NCBI GenBank assembly: GCA_014654265.1
Contig: JACWDI010000004.1
Span: 2,312 to 66,311, forward strand
Reading direction: 5' to 3'
DNA from: Pelagibacterales bacterium SAG-MED11
Lineage (GTDB): Bacteria; Pseudomonadota; Alphaproteobacteria; Pelagibacterales; Pelagibacteraceae
DNA: 64,000 nucleotides
Below the pieces are notes generated by a model. That model worked only from the letters and a program-made list of their open reading frames with translations. It was not told where the DNA came from and did not search any database. Positions within the stretch are counted from its first letter, which is position 1. Every line of letters starts with the position of its first letter. Of this stretch, positions 9,080-16,597 are shown in pieces. Both the position numbers and the translations under genes were made by a program.

Positions 9080-9105
9080 TTCCGATAATTAATGGTTATC
9101 GGAAA
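9079..9105. repeat. perfect inverted repeat TTTCCGATAA-ttaatgg-TTATCGGAAA (10-7-10); candidate lox-like core site, operator or 5'-UTR hairpin
   Basis: The arms are exact reverse complements and the 7-bp spacer is asymmetric. The repeat lies between the -10 element and the recombinase ATG. Confidence 0.6.
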
Positions 9106-9110
9106 TATAT

Positions 9111-10016
9111 ATGAATAATTTAATAACTGATGTTAAAAGCTTAGAATTAGAAACTTTAAAAAATTTAAAGAATTCAAAAGCTAATAATACTTTAAGAGCT
9201 TATCAATCTGATTTCAAAGACTTTTCAGCATTCTGTGAAAAAAATGGTTTTTCTTCAATACCAACACAGCCAAAAATAATAGCGCTGTATATTACTCATC
9301 TCTCGAAATCGTCAAAATTTAGTACCTTAAAAAGGAGAATAGCATCAATAAGCGTCCTTCATAAACTAAAAGGGCATTATCTGGATACTAAACACCCAAT
9401 TATAATGGAGAATTTACATGGTATTAAAAGAACTTTAGGATCAAGGCAAAAGGCCAAAAAACCTATATTAATCAATGATTTAAAATTAATAATTAAAGCA
9501 ATAGATGAAGATAAAATTAGAGATAAAGCATTAATTTTAATTGGATTTTCAGGTGGTTTTAGAAGATCAGAGTTAGTTAACATCCATTATGATGATATTG
9601 AGTTTGTTACTGAAGGTGTAAAAATTCTCATTAAAAGATCTAAAACAGATCAAACAGGAGAAGGAAGTGTTAAGGCAATCCCCTACTTTGACAATCAAGA
9701 ATTTTGTCCTGTTGTAGCTCTCAAGAATTATGTTAGCAAAAAATTTTCAAATACTAATGAGGGTAAAATTTTCAATATTTCAGATAAATCGGTAGCTCTT
9801 ATTATTAAAAGATATGCAGAAAAAGCAGGTTTAGACTCTTCAAAATATGCAGGACATAGTCTAAGATCAGGTTTTGCAACTACTGCTGCAGAATTTGGAG
9901 CTGAAGAAAGAAATATCATGGCTATGACAGGTCATAAGACTACTCAAATGGTAAGAAGATATATCCAAGAGGCAAATTTATTTAAAAATAATGCACTAAA
10001 CAAAATTAAGATATGA
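9111..10016 (+). CDS. tyrosine recombinase / integrase, Cre-like (simple-site type)
   Basis: 301 aa with an N-terminal SAM-like core-binding domain (TLRAYQSDFKDFSAFC). Catalytic residues in order: R (GGFRRSEL), K (IKRSKTDQ), HxxR (GHSLRSGFAT), H (MTGHKT) and Y (VRRYIQ). The layout parallels Cre: ...RIAEI...RTK...HSARVG...W/H...NYI. Confidence 0.85.
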   Translation: MNNLITDVKSLELETLKNLKNSKANNTLRAYQSDFKDFSAFCEKNGFSSIPTQPKIIALYITHLSKSSKFSTLKRRIASISVLHKLKGHYLDTKHPIIMENLHGIKRTLGSRQKAKKPILINDLKLIIKAIDEDKIRDKALILIGFSGGFRRSELVNIHYDDIEFVTEGVKILIKRSKTDQTGEGSVKAIPYFDNQEFCPVVALKNYVSKKFSNTNEGKIFNISDKSVALIIKRYAEKAGLDSSKYAGHSLRSGFATTAAEFGAEERNIMAMTGHKTTQMVRRYIQEANLFKNNALNKIKI

Positions 10017-10080
10017 TTAAAAATTATATACAATGTGGTTTAGAAATTATTTGAAAATATTCAAATAGATAAAATTTAAA

Positions 10081-11055
10081 TTATAATTGTTGAACAAGGT
10101 TAGAAGCGACTATTGCCCATTTTTTAGTTCCTCTTAACTCAATTAAGTTATTACGTATTTTTTTCCAAAGATCATAATCATTAAAAATTTTTAAAGTATA
10201 GTTTGCAAATTCATCTGTATTTTTTGCAATAAAACCAGTAATACCGTGTTCTACTCTTTCGGAAAGTGAACCGATACCCAAGGTTACTATGGGTATGCAA
10301 AGTTCTCTAGCCTCTTCTGCAGCTATACAATATAGTTCAGCTTTATGACCTGGTAATAACATAACCTTTGATTTAATAAGATCTTGTATCATTAATGTTT
10401 TATTTCCAAAATTTCTTTCAAAAATATTATAATTGTTATCTATAAGTTCACTTGGTGTTGTATATAATTTTACTGATTTATTTTTAGTAAATATTTCTTT
10501 TTTCCATAATTTTATTAAAATATCTAAGTTTCTATCTTTTCTTGAGGTGAATATGGCTCTATTTTCAATTAAATTTTCATTCAATTCAGTTTTTAAAAAT
10601 AATGGATCGACTGCCCATTTTAGATTAATAGTACCAAATAATTTAAGTAAATAATTTCGATTTTTATTATGATAATTTCCTAAAAGAACAATCTTAGGTT
10701 TATATTTAAAATAACTTAATAATTGACCTTTTCTAATAAATTTTTCTATAGATTGTATACTGTGCGAAAATGCAACATATTTTCTAGCTACAACATTCTT
10801 AAAAAGTCTTATATCGTTATTTGTAAAAGCCACATCATAGGTTAAATTTTTATTTGCACAATTCAAATTAAACCATTTTACTTCATTTATAATACAATTA
10901 TTTTTATTATTGTTATAAACTTCAACTTCGTTACCTAATTGGGATAATTCATTAGATAAATGTATTATAGCATTTTCTCCACCTCTAATAAGCTTTGAAT
11001 TCAAATCATTTGATGTGTATGGAATAGATGAATTATCCAAGAAACAAATTTTCAT
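10081..11055 (-). CDS. glycosyltransferase, GT4 (GT-B fold) family
   Basis: About 324 aa. The C-terminal half has the GT4 EX7E-type region (LPGHKAELYCIAAEEARELCIPIVTLGIGSLSERVEHGITGFI). Its ATG overlaps the upstream TGA by 1 nt (TGATG). The track's extra first codon is TTG. Confidence 0.75.
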   Translation of the reverse strand: MKICFLDNSSIPYTSNDLNSKLIRGGENAIIHLSNELSQLGNEVEVYNNNKNNCIINEVKWFNLNCANKNLTYDVAFTNNDIRLFKNVVARKYVAFSHSIQSIEKFIRKGQLLSYFKYKPKIVLLGNYHNKNRNYLLKLFGTINLKWAVDPLFLKTELNENLIENRAIFTSRKDRNLDILIKLWKKEIFTKNKSVKLYTTPSELIDNNYNIFERNFGNKTLMIQDLIKSKVMLLPGHKAELYCIAAEEARELCIPIVTLGIGSLSERVEHGITGFIAKNTDEFANYTLKIFNDYDLWKKIRNNLIELRGTKKWAIVASNLVQQL

Positions 11056-13160
11056 CAAAATAAATTTGTTTTTTTCCCTAAGGATGTATCAATTATAAAT
11101 TTTGAAATTTTTGTCTCATTAAAAAGTTTGAAATATTTTTCCTTACCTTTTTTTGCAATTTTAATTCTTTTTTTATCATTTTTTTTATAGAATTTAATTT
11201 TGTCTGCTAAATCGTCAATATCATTATAGGAAATAATTTCATTAGAATTGAAAAAATTGTTCATTTCAACTTTTTGATCAATAAAAACCATTAAACCATT
11301 ACCCATGAGTGAGGCAATTCGATTACTAGAATAATGTTTTGTTGGATTACCTCTACTTAGGTTCAAAGCCATTTTTGAGTTTAATAATGCTTTATAAAAA
11401 TCATTGCCCCAAACAGGTTCTTGTTTTCCAAAACCATAAAAGTCGTACTTTATGCCGTTTATTTTCTTTATAAGTTTGTTTAAAAAATTTACTCTATTAT
11501 CTGTTTTTCCTTCTTTTAAAGTAGCACGATTAACACCATGGCTCATAGCATAAAAAATATCATTATGAGGGTTAAGTTTATAAACATCAAAACACTCAAT
11601 ATTTTTATCAACTGGAGTCATAAAAAAATGAATATTTTGGTTATTTTTTTTTGGAAAATTTAAGATAGAAGGATTAGTAGTAATAAATGAATGATCTACT
11701 AACGGTAAAAATTTTTTTAATTTATTTTTATTATCTAATTTATCAGTTATGTTGTTTATAAAAGGATCTTCATTCCATTGAGAAATAATTATATTTTTAT
11801 TAAGTTTATTGAAATCATATAAAATATTTTCTGTAATATTATTGGAGTGACCGAAGATAACAAGATCAGGGTTATAATTTTTGAATGTTTTAATCAAATA
11901 AGAATGAAATTTATCTTTGACATTAAATATGTTTAATCCCTTATTTTGTTTTACATAATCTCTATCACTAATATCGATCACATCATGACCATTTCTTATA
12001 AAGCCATTTGTAAATTTCTTACCCAACGATAAATTATAAATTCTATGATTTAATTTTTGACCTATATTATAAATATTTAGGATCCTTAATTTATCCCTAT
12101 TTACATTTATATTTTTAAAAGGAAATAATGAGTCCCTCATTAAATCTATAATTTCAGAATTTGTTTTAAGATTATGTTTAATATATTTTTGACTGTTAAT
12201 TTGGATCTTTTTTCTTAAGTTTTTATTTATAATCAAATTAATAGTTTCATTTTCAATATTTTTAACATCTAACTTTTTAAGTTTAATTGCATAATCTGTT
12301 GTTTCAGGAAGACCTCCTTGTTTGGAAATAATTGTTGCACAACCCCTTGAAGAAGCTTCCATTGCAGTTCGACCAAAAGGTTCTTCCCATCTTGATGGAA
12401 TTATAGCTATTTCAGATTTACTCAGATAATTTAAAACTTTGCTATGTGATATTTGGCCTAAAGATTTATGTCTGTTATGAGTAGGAAAATTTTGAAATCT
12501 TTTCTCTTCACCTATTGAATATGCCTTCCAATCTTTATTTGAATCTAAAATTTTAAACATTGCTTTGCAATACAAATCATAACCTTTTGACACATTTAAT
12601 TTTCCTACAAATATAATTTGTTTGTTCTTTTTTATTTTTTTTTTAAATGGATCAATGCTGTGGTAAATAACTTGAGTTTTATTATCAGATAAACTTGGTA
12701 ATCCTTCAAAAAATTTTTTTTTAACCCATTTTGTTATAAAAATTATTTTATGAACACTATTTAATAAATATATTCTTTCATCAATCGTTTTAGCTCCTTT
12801 CATTGATATTGGATCATTGTGAAAATATAAAATTATTTTTGAATTAATTTTTTGGTAAAATTCTTTAACCATTATTGGTCTGTTATGTAACTCAATAATA
12901 TCAAAATTCATATTTTCAATTCTTTTGATAATTTTATTTGAATATTCTTTTGTAGTGCTGCTAAATCTGGAGTTAATATTATTTACTTTAATATTTATAT
13001 AATTTTTTGTTAAAAAGTTTTTATTTGTTGTGTTACCAAAAACAAAAGAATTTTTTTTATAGATTGAATCTCTCATGAATTCACTAATCCATAAAGCAAC
13101 AGCTCCAGCTCCTTTTTTTGTATAATTCTCTTTATACGGAAGAATTGATGCTATTTTCAT
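11055..13160 (-). CDS. two-domain glycosyltransferase: N-terminal GT4 domain fused to a C-terminal CgeB-like (DUF3880/Glyco_trans_1_2-type) domain
   Basis: 701 aa. Residues ~1-340 carry the GT4 signature (PSRWEEPFGRTAMEASSRGCATIISKQGGLPETT). Residues ~355-701 look like a CgeB-family domain (LNLSRGNPTKHYSSNRIASLMGNGLMVFID...IKFYKKNDKKRIKIAKKG). Confidence 0.7.
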   Translation of the reverse strand: MKIASILPYKENYTKKGAGAVALWISEFMRDSIYKKNSFVFGNTTNKNFLTKNYINIKVNNINSRFSSTTKEYSNKIIKRIENMNFDIIELHNRPIMVKEFYQKINSKIILYFHNDPISMKGAKTIDERIYLLNSVHKIIFITKWVKKKFFEGLPSLSDNKTQVIYHSIDPFKKKIKKNKQIIFVGKLNVSKGYDLYCKAMFKILDSNKDWKAYSIGEEKRFQNFPTHNRHKSLGQISHSKVLNYLSKSEIAIIPSRWEEPFGRTAMEASSRGCATIISKQGGLPETTDYAIKLKKLDVKNIENETINLIINKNLRKKIQINSQKYIKHNLKTNSEIIDLMRDSLFPFKNINVNRDKLRILNIYNIGQKLNHRIYNLSLGKKFTNGFIRNGHDVIDISDRDYVKQNKGLNIFNVKDKFHSYLIKTFKNYNPDLVIFGHSNNITENILYDFNKLNKNIIISQWNEDPFINNITDKLDNKNKLKKFLPLVDHSFITTNPSILNFPKKNNQNIHFFMTPVDKNIECFDVYKLNPHNDIFYAMSHGVNRATLKEGKTDNRVNFLNKLIKKINGIKYDFYGFGKQEPVWGNDFYKALLNSKMALNLSRGNPTKHYSSNRIASLMGNGLMVFIDQKVEMNNFFNSNEIISYNDIDDLADKIKFYKKNDKKRIKIAKKGKEKYFKLFNETKISKFIIDTSLGKKTNLF

Positions 13161-13161
13161 T

Positions 13162-13410
13162 TTAGTTATTTTCTAATAAGTATTTTCTTTTTTTTCGATC
13201 TTTTTTTAAATGATATTCAAATGACATAGCTTGTCTTTTATCATAAAATCTTTTCTTATAGATAATTTTCCATTTATAACCACGAGTTGACTTAGCTCCT
13301 TTGCTTGAATTGTGTTTTTTTAGTCTTAAATTTAAGTTATTTGTATATCCAACGTATGACCTAGTTATTTCATTATTAACGCTTTTAAGCATATAAACAT
13401 AAAATATCAT
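13162..13410 (-). CDS. stand-alone GIY-YIG nuclease-domain protein (UPF0213-like)
   Basis: 82 aa. MIFYVYMLKS...YVGYTNNLNLRLKKHN...W matches the GIY-(x10)-YIG core and downstream helix. The stop is 1 nt before the 701-aa GT start, and the ATG is 5 nt after the tRNA-Glu CCA end. Confidence 0.8.
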   Translation of the reverse strand: MIFYVYMLKSVNNEITRSYVGYTNNLNLRLKKHNSSKGAKSTRGYKWKIIYKKRFYDKRQAMSFEYHLKKDRKKRKYLLENN

Positions 13411-13415
13411 AAATG

Positions 13416-13490
13416 TGGCGGTCCCTAGGGGAATCGAACCCCTCTTTCGAGGATGAAAACCACGTGTCCTAACCGATAGACGAAGGGACC
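13416..13490 (-). tRNA. tRNA-Glu (anticodon UUC)
   Basis: Minus strand: GGTCCCTTCGTCTATCGGTTAGGACACGTGGTTTTCATCCTCGAAAGAGGGGTTCGATTCCCCTAGGGACCGCCA. It forms a cloverleaf with a 7-bp acceptor stem, a TTCGATT T-loop, anticodon loop TTTTCAT and an encoded CCA. The anticodon stem has one U-U mismatch. Confidence 0.9.
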
Positions 13491-13543
13491 AAATTTCAGT
13501 TTTTTATTGTATAATATCAGTATAATCAAGCTTTTTAAGTTGA

Positions 13544-14485
13544 TTAAATCTTCTGTTTGATTTTAATAATCTTTTTTAATCCAGCAGATTTGTGTGTAAT
13601 TAATGTTTCTGATGTAAAATCATTATTATCAATATTAATTCCAGAAACTAAGTCCCCAGATGTTATTCCTGTCGCACAAAAAATTGAGTCACCAGTTATA
13701 ATTTCTTTTAAATGGTATTTTTTTTTTAAATCAATAATTCCCATCTTTTTCGCTCTAGTTTTATCCTCAATTGTATCAAATAAGAAACGACATTGGAAAA
13801 AACAATCAAAAGCATCTAAAGCAGAAGCAGCCAAAACTCCTTCGGGACCTCCCCCAATACCTAAAAATATATCAACATTGTATTTTTGATCTGTTACTAA
13901 TAAAGCACCAGATATATCACCATCTGTAATAAGTTTTAGATTTACTTTGAGCTTTTTAAGCTCATCTATAATTTCTTTGTGTCTAGGTCTATCTAGAACA
14001 CATGCAGTTAAATCTGAGGGTTGTTTATCTTTATATTCGGCCAAATTATAAATATTTTTTTTAACTGAGTTGTCCAAGTCGATAATATTTGGATCACTCA
14101 CTTTAGCTGATATTTTATTCATATATGTCTCTGGAGCATTTAATAAATTTGATTTTTCAGCAACTGAAATAACTGATAGAGCACCAGGAAGATTATTAGC
14201 AACAAAATTTGTACCTTCTAAAGGATCAACTGCTATATCGAGTTTAGGTCCTTTTTTAGTACCTAGTTTTTCACCAATAAAAAGCATTGGCGCTTCATCA
14301 AGCTCACCTTCACCAATAACAACTTCACCGTCCATGTCAATTTTATTTAATTCTGTTCGCATTTTATCAACTGCTGCTTTATCTGCAGCAACTTTATCTT
14401 TTTTTCCAACTAAATGGTATGAAGCTAAAGCAGCTTTTGAGGTAACGTTTACTAACTGATCTATAAATTTTTGATCAATTGACAT
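13544..14485 (-). CDS. glpX: fructose-1,6-bisphosphatase class II (GlpX)
   Basis: 313 aa. The motifs GKKDKVAADKAAVD, IGEGELDEAPMLFIGE, VDPLEGT and IGGGPEGVLAA are characteristic of GlpX. Confidence 0.9.
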   Translation of the reverse strand: MSIDQKFIDQLVNVTSKAALASYHLVGKKDKVAADKAAVDKMRTELNKIDMDGEVVIGEGELDEAPMLFIGEKLGTKKGPKLDIAVDPLEGTNFVANNLPGALSVISVAEKSNLLNAPETYMNKISAKVSDPNIIDLDNSVKKNIYNLAEYKDKQPSDLTACVLDRPRHKEIIDELKKLKVNLKLITDGDISGALLVTDQKYNVDIFLGIGGGPEGVLAASALDAFDCFFQCRFLFDTIEDKTRAKKMGIIDLKKKYHLKEIITGDSIFCATGITSGDLVSGINIDNNDFTSETLITHKSAGLKKIIKIKQKI

Positions 14486-15477
14486 TAAATTTTTTCATCA
14501 ACAAATTCATCTTGTTTTATTTTATATTCAAACTCTCTTAAACGCTTATAAACACTTGCGAGTTCTATTATTGTAGGCCAAGCTTTTAATATATATTGCA
14601 TTGAGCCCTCCACTCTTCCAAAAGCTCTTATAATTTGCTGCATTACACCAAGGGTAACTGCTCCTGCTACAATTGCTGGAGCTAAAAAAACATATGCTGA
14701 TAATACATTAGCTTGTAAGTAAGCAATTCTACCAATATTAAAGTATAAGTATCTTAAATAACTTAAATAATGGATGCTTCTAACATCTTCAAATAATTCA
14801 TCTATAGACTTAGGTCTTATAGTTCCATCATCTTCAGCAATAACTAAGATTTTTCTATAGGCTGCTTCTTTTTTTTGTAAATCATATTCAACTCCCACCA
14901 ACCTCAGTATTAGACCTAAAAGCACAAGAAAAATTGTTCCACCAATTGACCAAATAAGAGCACCAACAATTAGACCATAATCCCAATCCCCAAAAAAGAA
15001 AATTGGGATACCAATACTTAGACCGAACAAAATTGGCATAAATTCAATTAAAATCATTAAAGCTTCAATCAAACTTGTTCCAAGTGATTCCATTATCCTA
15101 GAAAATTTTATTGTATCTTCTTGAACCCTTTGAGCGGCACCTTCAATTTTACGAGCCTTGTCATAAACAGAGTGGTACCATTCAACCATTGCAGCTCTCC
15201 ATCTAAATAAATAGTGTGAAGTAAAGAAACTTACTAGTACTGCAACACCAACGTACATAGCAGCCAAGATTATAAATGATAATAAGCTTGCCCAATATTC
15301 TTCAATAGTTATAGCATCAGGAGCTCCCAAAGCTTTTTGGATCATGTCATAAAATTCACCAAACCATTCATTTATTTTAACATCAATCTTAACTTGTATC
15401 CAAAGCGATGAAAGTATTATAGCAGAACCTAGCCATGACCATAGATACCAATTTTTTTCAGTAAAAAATCTAAACAT
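14485..15477 (-). CDS. SbmA/BacA-like inner-membrane peptide transporter family protein
   Basis: 330 aa. WFGEFYDMIQ, HYLFRWRAAMVEWY and IEGAAQRVQEDTIKFSRIMESLG align with the hallmark SbmA block (YVFRWRTAM...IEGAAQRVQEDTMRF). It appears shorter at the N-terminus than E. coli SbmA. Confidence 0.8.
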   Translation of the reverse strand: MFRFFTEKNWYLWSWLGSAIILSSLWIQVKIDVKINEWFGEFYDMIQKALGAPDAITIEEYWASLLSFIILAAMYVGVAVLVSFFTSHYLFRWRAAMVEWYHSVYDKARKIEGAAQRVQEDTIKFSRIMESLGTSLIEALMILIEFMPILFGLSIGIPIFFFGDWDYGLIVGALIWSIGGTIFLVLLGLILRLVGVEYDLQKKEAAYRKILVIAEDDGTIRPKSIDELFEDVRSIHYLSYLRYLYFNIGRIAYLQANVLSAYVFLAPAIVAGAVTLGVMQQIIRAFGRVEGSMQYILKAWPTIIELASVYKRLREFEYKIKQDEFVDEKI

Positions 15478-15481
15478 ATAA

Positions 15482-15763
15482 TTATTTTAGGAAATTATCT
15501 GCATAAGATTTTTTTACAGTCTTTCTTTTTCTAGGTTCAATAATTTCGTAATCTATTTTATTTTTCTTAGCATAATTAATTGCTAATTCTTTTGTGGAAA
15601 ATTCTAATTTAAGTTCTGTATAAGTATCATTGGAACTTTCCCAACCCATTAATGGATTTTTTGTAGGGTCATTAGTTTCAAATTCAATAATCCATTTGTC
15701 TGTCTTTCCAAAACCAGACTGCATGGCACTTTTGTTAGGAATATAAATCTTTGCTTTTTTCAT
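15482..15763 (-). CDS. ETC complex I NDUFS4-like (18-kDa subunit family) small protein
   Basis: 93 aa starting from MKKAKIYIPNKSAMQSGFGKTDKWIIEFE. This is the conserved alphaproteobacterial NDUFS4-like signature (AMQSG...W.LEF). The longer track ORF (to 15811) runs into tRNA-Pro and is rejected. Confidence 0.75.
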   Translation of the reverse strand: MKKAKIYIPNKSAMQSGFGKTDKWIIEFETNDPTKNPLMGWESSNDTYTELKLEFSTKELAINYAKKNKIDYEIIEPRKRKTVKKSYADNFLK

Positions 15764-15767
15764 AAAA

Positions 15768-15844
<77 letters not shown>

Positions 15845-15853
15845 AATGAGATC

Positions 15854-15881
15854 GTTATATCGATTTTACTTATGTTTTCAA
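15854..15881 (-). promoter_or_regulatory. possible promoter for the tRNA-Pro/NDUFS4-like transcript
   Basis: The minus strand reads TTGAAA, a 16-nt spacer, then TATAAC, ending about 9 nt before the mature tRNA 5' end. Confidence 0.35.
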
Positions 15882-16134
15882 TAGAAAGAAAATTTAAATA
15901 GAGGTATTATTGCCATCTGAAAGAATCTTAAACCTGCTATTGCTTGATTTCTCTTTATTTTTTATTAAAAAAAAACATTATTTATATTATTAAAATAAAC
16001 GGTAATTTTTACAATATACACCGTTAAATAAATGTAAATCATAATTGATATTTTGGAAGATTTACTCTTTGTTAAACTAAATTTTTGTTTATATTTAGAT
16101 ATAAAATCTCAATACAATTATGATATAAGAAATA

Positions 16135-16596
16135 ATGATTATTGAATGTATTTGTGGTAAAAAAAAATTTGAAGTAAATTCAGATCTTATTCCTAGCACA
16201 GGTAGAACAATTCAATGTGGATCATGTGAAAAAATCTGGTTCTTCGATCCAAATAAAGAAGATCTCAAAATTAAAGATGAATTAGAACCAAGCATCTCCG
16301 AGCCTGCTGTTAAACAAAAAATAGAAGAAATTAAACCAAAAAAAGAAATTGATAATTTAGATAAAACTGAAAAAAAAAAGTTCGAAGTAACGAGATATAA
16401 GTCTAAATCGAGCTTCAATATAACCAAACTTTTATCTTATATCTTGGTCTCAATAATATCTTTTATTGCTCTAATAATCTTAATAGATACCTTTAAGTCT
16501 GTTTTATATGTTGTTTTTCCAGGTTTAGAATTAATGATATTTAGTCTTTTTGAAACCTTGAAAGATATCCAATTATTTATTAAAGACTTAATTTAA
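16135..16596 (+). CDS. MJ0042-type zinc-ribbon protein with C-terminal membrane anchor
   Basis: 153 aa. N-terminal CxC...CxxC ribbon (MIIECICGKKKFEV...IQCGSCEKIWFF), a charged linker and C-terminal TM helices. Confidence 0.6.
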   Translation: MIIECICGKKKFEVNSDLIPSTGRTIQCGSCEKIWFFDPNKEDLKIKDELEPSISEPAVKQKIEEIKPKKEIDNLDKTEKKKFEVTRYKSKSSFNITKLLSYILVSIISFIALIILIDTFKSVLYVVFPGLELMIFSLFETLKDIQLFIKDLI

Positions 16597-16597
16597 T

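Noticed and set aside
10048-10067. Inverted repeat TATTTGAA-aata-TTCAAATA after the recombinase gene, as a second recombination site
   Set aside because: Its sequence is unrelated to the 9079-9105 arms. It has a 4-nt loop and pure AT arms, so it is more likely a weak bidirectional terminator or chance.
13557-14459. Two plus-strand ORFs (110 aa and 129 aa) inside glpX
   Set aside because: They lie entirely antisense to a full-length, motif-rich glpX and have Ser/Ile/Phe-rich low-complexity translations typical of shadow frames in AT-rich DNA. They have no start context.
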